Shown here: positions 13,551 to 26,777 of the stretch, piece by piece
Numbering within the stretch: the stretch's first letter is position 1
Layout: each line of letters starts with the position of its first letter
Source of the DNA: Gemmatimonadota bacterium
GTDB lineage: Bacteria; Gemmatimonadota; Gemmatimonadetes; Gemmatimonadales; GWC2-71-9
NCBI GenBank assembly: GCA_039591075.1
Contig: JBDHEI010000027.1
Location: forward strand, 356-64,355
Direction of reading: 5' to 3'
Length of the DNA: 64,000 nt
Position numbers and translations under genes: made by a program
The notes under the pieces: generated by a model
Told to the model about the DNA's origin: nothing
Seen by the model: only the letters and a program-made list of their open reading frames with translations
Databases searched by the model: none

Positions 13551-13652
13551 CCACCACACGGATCCCTCGCGGGGGGGTAGGTGGACACGCCAATCAGCGT
13601 CATCATGATCGCGTCCGCTCACTCTGCGAAGGTCGGGACAGCGTGAGCGGTC

Positions 13653-14522
13653 TTGTCATTCGGACCTAGGGCTGCCCTCCTCGCGGCGGCACTGGCCCTC
13701 GCCTGTGGCGAGAGGCCGGAGCTGGCCGCCGTGGTGGACCACGCGGGCCACCCGGTGCGGCTTGCCTCGCCTCCGGAACGGATCGTCTCGCTGTCTCCCT
13801 CGCTCACCGAGTTGTTGTTTGCCCTGGGGTCGGGCGAGCGGCTCGTGGGGCGTACGCGGTGGAGTGCCTATCCGCCCGAAGCACAGGCGATCCCCAGCGT
13901 GGGTGACGGTCTTGATCCCAACCTCGAGATTGTCACCGCTCGCCGGCCCGACCTCGTGGTCTTCTACCACACCCCTGCCAATGCCGCCGCTATCGCCCGG
14001 CTCGACGACCTCGGCATTGCGTCACTCAGCGTCCGACTCGATCAACTGGACGACGTGGATCCCGCGGTTCGACTCCTGGGACGGGTGACGGGTGACAGCG
14101 TCAGGGCGGACTCGCTCGCGGACGCATTCCGGCGTGAACTGAACCGACTGCGTCGGCGATCGTTCGATGTCCGAGTCGGCGCGTTGCTGCTCGCATGGGA
14201 TGCTCCACCCATCGTGATCGGGGGAGGAAGCTTCCTGTCGGAAATCGTCCACCTGGCCGGTGGTCGGAACGTCTTCGCCGATCTCCGACAGCCGTCGGCG
14301 ACCGTGAGCATCGAAGCGATCGCCGTGCGAGCGCCGGACGTGGTTGTGCTCGTAGAAGAGAGCGAGCTCACCGTGGCAGGCCGGCCCGAATGGGAGACGA
14401 TCACGGCGGTGCGCGAGCGGCGGTTCGTCCGGGTCCACGGGTCGGAGTTCAGCTGGCCGTCCCTGCGTGCCGGTCAGGCGGTGGCGCAGCTCGCAGGGGC
14501 GCTTTCCACGGGGTCACCGTGA
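13653..14522 (+). CDS. btuF: Cobalamin ABC transporter substrate-binding lipoprotein
   Basis: Lipobox LALAC; RIVSLSPSLTELLFALG; PDLV; downstream of the riboswitch; start uncertain. Confidence 0.85.
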   Translation: MSFGPRAALLAAALALACGERPELAAVVDHAGHPVRLASPPERIVSLSPSLTELLFALGSGERLVGRTRWSAYPPEAQAIPSVGDGLDPNLEIVTARRPDLVVFYHTPANAAAIARLDDLGIASLSVRLDQLDDVDPAVRLLGRVTGDSVRADSLADAFRRELNRLRRRSFDVRVGALLLAWDAPPIVIGGGSFLSEIVHLAGGRNVFADLRQPSATVSIEAIAVRAPDVVVLVEESELTVAGRPEWETITAVRERRFVRVHGSEFSWPSLRAGQAVAQLAGALSTGSP

Positions 14523-15490
14523 CGCGCTGGCTCGTGCTCATCGCGGCGGTGGCGGCGATCCTGCTCGGTGCCGTGGCGCTCGGTCCGGCGCCACTAGGAG
14601 TGGGGGACGTGTGGCGTGGCCTGACCGGATCGGCGGAGGGACCTGCGGCCACCATCGTCCGCGACCTCCGGCTGCCGCGCGTGCTGCTCGCGTTTCTCGT
14701 GGGCGGCTCGCTCTCGGTGACGGGTGCGGCGTTGCAGGCCCTGGTCCGCAATCCGTTGGCCGACCCGTACCTCCTCGGTCTCTCGGGTGGCGCGGGACTC
14801 GGGGCCGTGACGGCGATCGCGCTCCAGCTCACCAGCCCATGGGCCGTTCCCGTCGCCGCGCTCGTCGGCGCCATCGGTGCCATCCTGCTCGTGTACCGCG
14901 TGGCCGTGGTCACTGGCAGCGTGCTGGACACCCGCGTCCTGCTGCTCGGAGGTGTCGTAGTGGGTGCGTTCGCCGCCTCGGTGATGGGAGCCATCATGGC
15001 GCTGTCGCCGGCACCGGAGGTACGCAACGCCCTCATGTGGCTCTTGGGAAGCTTCGGGCGGGCGTCGTGGCAGGCGGTCGCGGTCTTTGCCGTCTATGCC
15101 GTGATCCCGCTCTCCATGCTGTACGGGTTGGCCCGGCCGCTCGATCTCCTGGCGTTGGGCGAGGAGCCGGCCCGGTTTCTGGGCACCGACGTCGAGCGCA
15201 CCAAGCGCGTGCTGTATCTCACCGCCTCGGCGCTCACGGCGGTCGCGGTATCGCTATCGGGAATCATCGGATTCGTCGGGCTCGTAGTCCCGCATGCCGT
15301 GCGCCTCACCTGGGCCCGCCTCCATCGGGCGCTGCTCCCGGCCGCATTCGTCGTAGGTGGTGCACTGATGGTGATCGCCGACGCGCTTGCTCGAACGGCA
15401 TTCGCGCCACTCGAGATGCCGGTGGGCGTCGTCACGGCGCTGATCGGTGTTCCGGTCTTCGTGCTCTTGGTGCGGCGATGGGCGAGCTGA
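14519..15490 (+). CDS. btuC: FecCD/BtuC-family ABC permease
   Basis: LRLPRVL, QALVRNPLADPYLLGLSGGA, LGEE.A..LG, GIIGFVGLVVPH. Confidence 0.9.
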   Translation: MTRWLVLIAAVAAILLGAVALGPAPLGVGDVWRGLTGSAEGPAATIVRDLRLPRVLLAFLVGGSLSVTGAALQALVRNPLADPYLLGLSGGAGLGAVTAIALQLTSPWAVPVAALVGAIGAILLVYRVAVVTGSVLDTRVLLLGGVVVGAFAASVMGAIMALSPAPEVRNALMWLLGSFGRASWQAVAVFAVYAVIPLSMLYGLARPLDLLALGEEPARFLGTDVERTKRVLYLTASALTAVAVSLSGIIGFVGLVVPHAVRLTWARLHRALLPAAFVVGGALMVIADALARTAFAPLEMPVGVVTALIGVPVFVLLVRRWAS

Positions 15491-16296
15491 TCGTCCGAGC
15501 CGATGCGGTGTGGTTCCGGTACTCCGGGGCCGAGGCCGACGCGGTACGCGACATCACGCTGTCGGTCGCGCCCGGCGAGCTGGTCGGAATCGTCGGTCCC
15601 AACGGGAGTGGCAAGACGACGCTGCTCCGACTGGTCCTCGGCGTGCTCCAACCCACGGCGGGAGCGGTGGAGGTGGCCGGTCAACCGGTTGCCCGCTGGT
15701 CGCGCCGTGGTCTGGCACGGTTGGTCGGTGTGGTGGCGCAGCGGGAAGAGCCGATGTTTCCCCTGCGTGTGGACCAAACCGTGCTGTTCGGACGCTACCC
15801 TCATCTCGGTCCGCTCGGCGCGCCTCGTCGGCACGATCTGGAAGCGGTTCAGAACGCGCTGGACCGCTGTGACGTGGCCGACTTGGCCGAACGCTGGGTC
15901 GATACGCTGTCGGGTGGCGAGTGGCAGCGGGTGCGGATTGCCCGTGCGCTGGCGCAGGAGCCGAAGGCCCTCGTGCTCGACGAGGCCACGGCCAACCTCG
16001 ACATCCGGCACGAGATGGAGGTGTTCGAGCTCACGGCGCGGCTGGTCCGCCAGGAGGGGATCGCCGCCATCGTGGTGACGCACCACCTGAATCTCGTTGC
16101 ACGCTACGCCGACCGCATCGTGGTCATGGATCGCGGCGCGGCTCGCGCTAGTGGCAGCCCAGGAGACGTGCTGCGGAAGGACATCCTGGAAGAGGTGTTC
16201 GAGTGGCCGGTCGCCGTGACCCAGTGGGGCGGCGTTCCACAATACGTACCGCTTCGGCGCGACGAGTCCGGGGCAGATCGGGCAGCAACGCCATGA
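15478..16296 (+). CDS. btuD: Cobalamin/iron-chelate ABC ATPase
   Basis: GPNGSGKTT, LSGGEWQRV, LVLDEAT. Confidence 0.9.
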   Translation: MGELIVRADAVWFRYSGAEADAVRDITLSVAPGELVGIVGPNGSGKTTLLRLVLGVLQPTAGAVEVAGQPVARWSRRGLARLVGVVAQREEPMFPLRVDQTVLFGRYPHLGPLGAPRRHDLEAVQNALDRCDVADLAERWVDTLSGGEWQRVRIARALAQEPKALVLDEATANLDIRHEMEVFELTARLVRQEGIAAIVVTHHLNLVARYADRIVVMDRGAARASGSPGDVLRKDILEEVFEWPVAVTQWGGVPQYVPLRRDESGADRAATP

Positions 16297-18293
16297 GGTC
16301 CAGGACCACCCCGACGTGGCAGACGGTAACGCGAAGCGGCACACCGATCGTGGTGGCCGCGCTGCTGCTCGGTAGCGGTAGCGGAGCCGTGATGGCGCAG
16401 GAAGCGCCGGACACGGTCCGGCTGAGCCCCGTCGTAGTGACGGCGAGTCGGATCCCGACACCCCGTGAGGCGGAGCCGGCGACGGTCACGGTGCTCGAGG
16501 GGCGCGAGCTGGAGACACTCGGCGTCCGCTCGCTCGCCGAGGCGCTGCGTGACGTGGCGGGCGTCGATCTCGCCCGAAACGGATCGTTCGGCGGGACCAC
16601 CAGCCTGTTCGTGCGCGGCGGCGAGAGCGACTATGTGAAAGTCTTGGTCGACGGCGTACCGCTCAACGACCCCGGCGGCGCCATTGATCTCGCCGATCTC
16701 GGGATCGACGCCGTCGAGCGGATCGAGATCGTGCGGGGACCCGTGAGCGTCCTCTACGGCTCGGATGCCGTCACCGGAGTGGTGCAAGTCTTCACGCGGC
16801 GAGGAGACGGGCCGGCCAGGGTCGATCTCGGTCTGCGAGCCGGGTCGTATGCTTCCGTCGATGCCACGGGCGGCGTTCGCGGTCGCACCGGACCCTTCGG
16901 ATACGCGATGACGGTCTCCCGCGCGCGCACGGACGGGATCTACGACCTCAACAATGTCTTCACCAACTCGATCTGGACCGGACGCATTTCCGCACGGCCG
17001 GATTCGCGCACCGACGTGACGCTGGGCATGCGGTACGGGGGGAGCCGATACCACTTTCCCACAGAGTCGTCGGGACAGGCGAACGACATGAACGCGTTCC
17101 AGGACCGCGACCGGCTGACGGCCGCGCTCGAGATCGGCCACCGCTTCACGCCCGCACTGGAAGGCCGCGTATCGGTGTCCTGGAGCCGGAGCGCAAGCGG
17201 CATCGATGACCGACCGGACGATCCGGCCGACACGCTTGGTTTCTACGCGTTCGCAGACGATCGAACGGTTCGCCGCCGCAGCACTGACCTGAGGCTTACG
17301 GCTGCCCCGGCGCCGTGGACGACCGTGACGACAGGCGCATCGGTCGAATGGCAGGACGAACGGAGTGCGAGTGAATCGTGGAGTGAGTTCGGGGTGAGCA
17401 CCTCGGCGTTCGACGCCAGGCGCGTGAGCGGCGGGGTCTACGCGCAAGTCCAGATGATGCCGGTGCGCGGGATCACGTTGGTGCTGGGCAGCCGAATCGA
17501 TCGAAGTGACATGTTCGGGACCTTCTTCTCCTACCGGGGCGGCGTGAGCCATAGGCTGGCGGGCGGGACGCGCGCACGCGCGTCGCTGGGGCGCGGGTTC
17601 AAGGAGCCGACCTTTTTCGAGCAGTTTGCGGACGATCCGTTTGCCCGCGGAAATCCGGCGCTTCGCCCCGAGAGATCCCGGTCCTGGGAGGTCGGGTTGG
17701 AGCAGGAGGTGTTGGGTGGGGCCACGCTGCTCGGCGCGACGTATTTCGACCAAGCTTTTTTGGATCTCGTCCAGTACGTCTTCGCGCCCGATCCGGCGGA
17801 GCCTAGCTACGTCAACGTCGCGGCCGCGACGGCGCGCGGGCTCGAGTTGGAGGCCGAGGTCGATCTGCCCGGCGGCCGTCTCAGGGGATCGTACACGTAC
17901 CTGCGGACCGAAGTGACCGACGCGGGGGTGGAGTCTGGGTCCGGTGGGGCGTTCGTCGACGGGGCGCGGCTCCTCCGACGACCCACACACGCTCTCAGGC
18001 TCACGCTGACCGAGCGACTCGGCGCACGTGTCACCCTCTCGGGCACCCTACGGTATGTCGGAGACCGGGACGACCGGGACTTCGCGTCGTTCCCCGCTGA
18101 TCCGGTCACGCTGGGAGCGTACGCCACGGTCGACCTGTCGGCTGAGACCGAGGTCTGGCGCAGCGTGGGTCGTGGCCGTCGGCTCGCAATCACGGGTGCG
18201 GTCCGCGACTTGTTCAACCGGCACCCGGCAGAGGTCTTCGGGTTTCTAGGTCCCGGCAGGACCGTGATGGCTGGGGTTCGTGCAGGGTGGTAA
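16293..18293 (+). CDS. btuB: TonB-dependent receptor, BtuB-like
   Basis: VVVTASR, FVRGGESD, VLVDGVPLN, ERIEIVRGP.S.LYGSDA, GNPALRPE, C-terminal Trp; in riboswitch-controlled operon. Confidence 0.85.
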   Translation: MRSRTTPTWQTVTRSGTPIVVAALLLGSGSGAVMAQEAPDTVRLSPVVVTASRIPTPREAEPATVTVLEGRELETLGVRSLAEALRDVAGVDLARNGSFGGTTSLFVRGGESDYVKVLVDGVPLNDPGGAIDLADLGIDAVERIEIVRGPVSVLYGSDAVTGVVQVFTRRGDGPARVDLGLRAGSYASVDATGGVRGRTGPFGYAMTVSRARTDGIYDLNNVFTNSIWTGRISARPDSRTDVTLGMRYGGSRYHFPTESSGQANDMNAFQDRDRLTAALEIGHRFTPALEGRVSVSWSRSASGIDDRPDDPADTLGFYAFADDRTVRRRSTDLRLTAAPAPWTTVTTGASVEWQDERSASESWSEFGVSTSAFDARRVSGGVYAQVQMMPVRGITLVLGSRIDRSDMFGTFFSYRGGVSHRLAGGTRARASLGRGFKEPTFFEQFADDPFARGNPALRPERSRSWEVGLEQEVLGGATLLGATYFDQAFLDLVQYVFAPDPAEPSYVNVAAATARGLELEAEVDLPGGRLRGSYTYLRTEVTDAGVESGSGGAFVDGARLLRRPTHALRLTLTERLGARVTLSGTLRYVGDRDDRDFASFPADPVTLGAYATVDLSAETEVWRSVGRGRRLAITGAVRDLFNRHPAEVFGFLGPGRTVMAGVRAGW

Positions 18294-18340
18294 CCGGCCT
18301 GTCAGCGCGGCGCACGCCCACACCGTCTAGTTTTCTCTCT

Positions 18341-19090
18341 ATGCCGCCGGTGCACACCCGGGCCCTGATTCTGCACGCCTTCCCCTATGGCGAGACCTCC
18401 AAGATCGTGCGGCTGCTCACGCGGGAGCACGGATCGCAAAGCGCGATCGCGAAGGGGGCGCAACGGCCCAAGAGCACGTTCGGGGCGCGGCTGCAAGTGC
18501 TGAGCGAGGGCACGGCCCACGTGTACCTCAAACCCCATCGCGACCTTCACACCCTTGCCGACTTCGACGTGACGAGACAGCACGAGACGTTGACGCGAGA
18601 CCTCAGGCGGTTTGCGGCCGCGGCTGCGCTGGCCGAACTCCTGATCCGGCTGTGTCCCGCGGAGCCGCACCCGGAGATCTACGATCTCACCGTGTCGGCG
18701 CTTGCACAGCTGGAGACCGTTCCCGACGAGGCGCTCGACCTGGCGAGCCTCTCAGTCTTGTGGGCCGCCGTCGAAGCACTGGGGTTCGCCCCGCAGCGGG
18801 ACGCCTGCGCGCGGGACGGGCGGGCGCTCCCAGCCGGCGCGACGGTGTTCTCGGTGGCGGATGGCGGGTTCCTCTGTTCGCGCTGCGCGCGCGGCACCCG
18901 GAGCACGCGACTCGGCGCCGACGACCGCCGCGTGCTGGAACGTTTGATCGCCGGCGAAGTCTCCGACATCGCGCTGCTCGATGCGAAGCACGCCGCCGCG
19001 CATCGGCGGCTCCTTGTACGGTTCGTGGAACGGCATTTGGCAGAGGATCGGGAGCTCAAGGCCCTGGCCATGTGGCGAGAGCTGGCATGA
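18341..19090 (+). CDS. recO: DNA repair protein RecO
   Basis: YGETSKIVRLLTREHG...AKGA; zinc-finger remnant CARDG...GGFLCSRC. Confidence 0.93.
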   Translation: MPPVHTRALILHAFPYGETSKIVRLLTREHGSQSAIAKGAQRPKSTFGARLQVLSEGTAHVYLKPHRDLHTLADFDVTRQHETLTRDLRRFAAAAALAELLIRLCPAEPHPEIYDLTVSALAQLETVPDEALDLASLSVLWAAVEALGFAPQRDACARDGRALPAGATVFSVADGGFLCSRCARGTRSTRLGADDRRVLERLIAGEVSDIALLDAKHAAAHRRLLVRFVERHLAEDRELKALAMWRELA

Positions 19091-20976
19091 CGCGACACGT
19101 GGTCATCGGCACGGCCGGACATGTCGACCACGGGAAGACGGCGCTCGTGAAGGCGCTTACCGGCATCGACACCGACCGCTGGGAAGAGGAAAAGCGCCGC
19201 GGCATCACCATCGACCTCGGGTTCGCCCGCCTCGACCTACCCGACGGTCTCCACGCGAGCATCGTGGACGTTCCGGGCCACGAGGATTTCGTTCGCAACA
19301 TGGTGGCGGGAGCCACCGGGATCGACGTGGCCCTCATGGTCGTGGCGGCGGACGAGGGCGTGATGCCCCAGACTGCGGAGCACCTCGCGATCCTCGAGTT
19401 CCTAGGCGTGCGGAGCGGAGTCGTGGCGATCACCAAGGCCGATCTCGCGGACGACGAGTGGCTGGACCTCGTCGAGAGCGACGTCGAATCACGGCTCCGC
19501 GGCTCCGCGGTGGCGTGGGAAGCGCCGGTACGCTGCTCGGCGCTCACGGGGCAGGGGCTCGACCATCTCAACGATGTGCTCGCACGCGCCGCCGGCCGCG
19601 CCGCCGACCGATCCACTGATGACCTGTTCCGCATGCCGATTGACCGCGTCTTCAGTATTGCCGGTGCCGGCACCGTCGTCACGGGCACCACGTGGAGCGG
19701 GACGGTAGCGGTCGGCCAGGAAGTTCGGATTCTGCCGGGAACCGCGACGTCGCGGGTGCGGTCGGTGGAGGTCCACGGGACCACGCGGCCTGCCGCCGAG
19801 CCCGGACGGCGCACGGCACTCGCCCTTCCCGGCCTGGAACGGTCGGCGATTGCCAGAGGCTACGTGGCAGTGGCCGATCCCGCGTGGCGAACGACGACCG
19901 CTCTCGATGTCACCCTGCATCTGCTCCCTGAGACCAAGCCGCTCGGGCAGCGGACACGGGTGCGCCTCCACCTTGGCACGGCGGAGGTGCTCGCCCGCGT
20001 CACCCCGGAAGCCGGCGACATCGCACCTGGGAGCACGGGGTCGGCGCGCTTGCGTCTGGAGGCTCCCGTGGTGGCACGCTGGGGCGATCGGGGCGTGCTG
20101 CGCTCGTACTCGCCCATGCGCACGATCGGCGGATGCGTGGTGGCCGACCCCATGCCGGCGCTCCGTCCGCGACGACCTCGACAGCTGGAGCGACGGCTCG
20201 ATCCCGATCCAGCCGCGCGCCTCATGGCGCTCGTCGGGGCGGCCGGCGACGACGGCGTGCCGCAGGCAGATCTACCGGTTCGGATCGGCCTCCATCCGGC
20301 GTCAGTGGAAGGCGTGATCACTGCTGCTGGCGACGCACTGCTCCGGGTGGGCGACCGACTGGTCCGCCGCCCGGTGGTGGCCGACGCGGAGGCCTCCACA
20401 CTCGCAGCCCTCCAAGGCCACCATCGGCAGCGTCCCCTCGATCCAGGGATGCCCCGGGAGCTCCTCCGGGCCACACAGCGCTCACCCGCATTGGCCGACC
20501 TCGTGCTCCAGCGGCTGGCTGATCGCGGGGCGATTGCTTTGGAGGGCGGGTCGGTCCGACTCGCGGGATTCAGCCCGACCCTTTCCGGGGAGGCCGAGGC
20601 GTTCACCTCGTCGCTTCGGACGGCGCTCGAGCAGGCGGGGCCGCAGGGCCTGACTGAGCAGGAAATGGCGACGGTCGTCCCCCCTGATCGGGCTCGGGAT
20701 CTGGCAGAGTATCTTGTGCGGGAGCGCACAGCCGGACGGATCGGCCGCGACCGATATTACGATCGGCGTGCGATCGAGCGGCTGAGGGCCGACGTGGTCG
20801 CAGCGATCCGAGAAACTGGTCGAGCAACCCCGGCTGAACTGCGTGATAGGACCGGACTTACGCGGAAGTACCTCATTCCGGTTCTCGAATGGCTCGACGG
20901 GCTCGGTGTGACCGTCCGGGACGGAGATGCTCGACGTCTCGGACCCGCGGCCGACCAGGCGGCAACCGACTCTTGA
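19087..20976 (+). CDS. selB: Selenocysteine-specific elongation factor
   Basis: GTAGHVDHGKT, EEKRRGITIDLGF, DVPGHEDF, MPIDRVF, C-terminal winged helix GLTRKYLIPVLEWLD. Confidence 0.96.
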   Translation: MTRHVVIGTAGHVDHGKTALVKALTGIDTDRWEEEKRRGITIDLGFARLDLPDGLHASIVDVPGHEDFVRNMVAGATGIDVALMVVAADEGVMPQTAEHLAILEFLGVRSGVVAITKADLADDEWLDLVESDVESRLRGSAVAWEAPVRCSALTGQGLDHLNDVLARAAGRAADRSTDDLFRMPIDRVFSIAGAGTVVTGTTWSGTVAVGQEVRILPGTATSRVRSVEVHGTTRPAAEPGRRTALALPGLERSAIARGYVAVADPAWRTTTALDVTLHLLPETKPLGQRTRVRLHLGTAEVLARVTPEAGDIAPGSTGSARLRLEAPVVARWGDRGVLRSYSPMRTIGGCVVADPMPALRPRRPRQLERRLDPDPAARLMALVGAAGDDGVPQADLPVRIGLHPASVEGVITAAGDALLRVGDRLVRRPVVADAEASTLAALQGHHRQRPLDPGMPRELLRATQRSPALADLVLQRLADRGAIALEGGSVRLAGFSPTLSGEAEAFTSSLRTALEQAGPQGLTEQEMATVVPPDRARDLAEYLVRERTAGRIGRDRYYDRRAIERLRADVVAAIRETGRATPAELRDRTGLTRKYLIPVLEWLDGLGVTVRDGDARRLGPAADQAATDS

Positions 20977-21002
20977 CACACCTTGCGGTTGCGACCTAAC
21001 TT
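20973..21002 (+). promoter_or_regulatory. Putative sigma70 promoter for the CTD-like gene
   Basis: TTGACA-18 nt-TAACTT. Confidence 0.55.
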
Positions 21003-21079
21003 CACAAACGTCGGACAGATACGCACTCAAGCCAAAGGGGTAGCAAGCCACGAACATTTCCGTCAGATAGGAGCTGGTG

Positions 21080-21505
21080 ATGAAAAGTCTAGCCTGGGCG
21101 GCCGTTGCGCTCGGGCTCCTGATAGCTGCTCCGGCGGCCGCCCACGCTCAACAGGGCACGCCCGCTCCGGAGGTCCAGCTACACAGGAACTACCCGAATC
21201 CGTTCAATCCGGAGACGACAATTCCGTTCACCCTGGACCAGGGTCTCTGGGCAGGTGGACAGCAGCCCGTCGTCACTCTCCGGATCTACAACATCCTCGC
21301 TCAGCTCGTCGCGATCCCCATATTGCAGGGATCCGGAGAGCTGCTGGACAATGTGGCACTCCAGTGGAATGGGACGGGTGAGTACGCAGCGTACTGGGAT
21401 GGGACGGTGCAGGGGACCAACCGCGAAGCGGCTTCAGGAGTCTACGTGTATCAACTCGTGGTGAACGGTAAGTCGTTCACCAAGAAGATGACCATCGTCA
21501 AGTAG
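21080..21505 (+). CDS. Small secreted protein made of one T9SS-CTD/FlgD-Ig-like domain
   Basis: Sec signal ending AHA; NYPNPFNPETTI, IYNI..QLV, WDG...ASGVYVYQL...TKKMTIVK; RBS ggag. Confidence 0.85.
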   Translation: MKSLAWAAVALGLLIAAPAAAHAQQGTPAPEVQLHRNYPNPFNPETTIPFTLDQGLWAGGQQPVVTLRIYNILAQLVAIPILQGSGELLDNVALQWNGTGEYAAYWDGTVQGTNREAASGVYVYQLVVNGKSFTKKMTIVK

Positions 21506-21547
21506 GGAGAACCGAACGAGGCACAGACATTTCTGTCAGGATTACAG

Positions 21548-21583
21548 GACGCGCCGGCTCCAGTAGCCGGCGCGTCTGTCTTT
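21548..21583 (+). terminator. Intrinsic terminator-like hairpin
   Basis: Perfect 12-bp stem gacgcgccggct/agccggcgcgtc followed by tgtcttt. Confidence 0.7.
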
Positions 21584-21616
21584 GTGGCGCATTGCTGCCA
21601 GGTTTGCGTAATTCCC

Positions 21617-21633
21617 AAGGCACGTGGCTTGCC
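21617..21633 (+). promoter_or_regulatory. Putative sigma54 (-24/-12) promoter of clpB
   Basis: AAGGCACGTGGCTTGC, exact GG-N10-GC spacing, near the TGGCACG-N4-TTGC consensus, ~55 nt before the ATG. Confidence 0.6.
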
Positions 21634-21685
21634 GCTTAACTGATGGGAATCAAGTGCGTCTCGCAACCGAAGTTGGAATTCGAAC

Positions 21686-25558
<3,873 letters not shown>

Positions 25559-25574
25559 AAAAGAGGTAGGTGGA

Positions 25575-25613
25575 GAGCCGGGGACCGGCGCGACGACGGC
25601 CGGTCCCCGGCTC
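25575..25613. terminator. GC-rich hairpin between convergent genes
   Basis: Perfect 15-bp stem gagccggggaccggc/gccggtccccggctc with 9-nt loop. Confidence 0.7.
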
Positions 25614-25625
25614 GGTGGAGTGGGT

Positions 25626-26321
25626 CTACTGCACGAACTCCGGCTTGACGGTCAGGATCACGGTCCCGCCACCGCTGGCCAGCTGTGCGTTTCCGACCAC
25701 GATCGTCTGACCAGCTCGCGCGTTGACCGTCGTCTCCAGGGCCCCCCGATAGACATTGCGAATCCCCACGCGGAGTTCGACGCTGCCCGAGTCGCCGAAC
25801 GACCGCACCGTGCCGATGTTGGCACTGATCATCCACGCGTTGCTGTCGGGCGGTCCTGCCATGTCACCGACCGCCTGCTCGATGTGGCTGCCCTCGGTTC
25901 CGCCGATCACGGCGTCGTTGAGTAGTCGGTAACGCTGGTACCTGAACAGTTTCCGCAGTTCGGCTTCGACGTCGGCGATGGCTGGGTCGAATCGTTCGGC
26001 GGGGCCACGGTCGCTCGCTTCGATGATCTGGAAGTGGAGCCGTACGCCCGGTTTGGCGCGGTCGAACTCGGTCAGCACGCGAGAGATCTTGTCGAGGTTG
26101 TCTTTCGTCTCACGTACGGTGAGGGTGTTCCCCGCATGACCCACGCGTCCCGGCGCCCCCTCCCGGTCGTGGTACACGTACGGGTCGATCAGTTGGGCAG
26201 CTTCCTGCGCGTCGAGGTGCTGCAGCTGAAAGGTCTGCGTGTCCAGCCGATCCAACGCCGAGCCGCCGCATGCCGCGAGGGACGCGAGCACTACGGTGCT
26301 CAGGATCTGGAATGTCCGCAT
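25626..26321 (-). CDS. Lipoprotein with secretin N-domain (NolW-like) and short beta-rich C-terminus
   Basis: Lipobox LAAC; TQTFQLQHLDAQEAAQLI...NTLTVRETKDNLDKISRVLTEFD; LETTVNARAGQTIVVG. Confidence 0.7.
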   Translation of the reverse strand: MRTFQILSTVVLASLAACGGSALDRLDTQTFQLQHLDAQEAAQLIDPYVYHDREGAPGRVGHAGNTLTVRETKDNLDKISRVLTEFDRAKPGVRLHFQIIEASDRGPAERFDPAIADVEAELRKLFRYQRYRLLNDAVIGGTEGSHIEQAVGDMAGPPDSNAWMISANIGTVRSFGDSGSVELRVGIRNVYRGALETTVNARAGQTIVVGNAQLASGGGTVILTVKPEFVQ

Positions 26322-26336
26322 GATGTCTCCCTTGAT

Positions 26337-26777
26337 CTAGAAAAACCACACCACCACGATATTCGGGTCGTCCGTATTGAAGACCGCGACATCGACCCCC
26401 ATGGGCTGCTCCACGAGGGGACTGGCGACTCGTGCCGCTTGCACGGGCAGACCGATCTCGGAGCCGACGCTTGCCGTGTCCGATGTGAGCAGCAGGGTGG
26501 CGAGTCCTGCCGCAGCGAGGACCGGCGCGGCGACGAGCCTGCGGCGTCGCCGCTGCTGGAGCCTTCGCGCGCGCTCCAATGCCCTCGCCGGCGGTTGGGA
26601 CGGCACGCTCGCATTCATCGCCCGCCGGAGCGTGTCCGTGTGCGAGAGGATTGCCGCGGCCGCGGTGCCGCACCGGGAGCAATCGCGGATGTGCCGTGAC
26701 AGCTCGGTCGGCGCGTGTCCGGTGAGCTCGGCCGGGTCGGCGGTCAGCAACTCCTGAGAGGCGTCCAGGCAGTTCAT
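26337..26777 (-). CDS. Zinc-finger (ZAS/zf-HC2) anti-sigma factor
   Basis: MNC...HIRDCSRC (HxxxCxxC) plus one TM helix; overlaps the ECF stop. Confidence 0.8.
   Translation of the reverse strand: MNCLDASQELLTADPAELTGHAPTELSRHIRDCSRCGTAAAAILSHTDTLRRAMNASVPSQPPARALERARRLQQRRRRRLVAAPVLAAAGLATLLLTSDTASVGSEIGLPVQAARVASPLVEQPMGVDVAVFNTDDPNIVVVWFF

Noticed and set aside
13644..13646. In-frame TGA upstream of btuF as a selenocysteine codon, given selB nearby
   Set aside because: Falls in a pre-signal-peptide region with no redox motif, and no convincing SECIS hairpin follows
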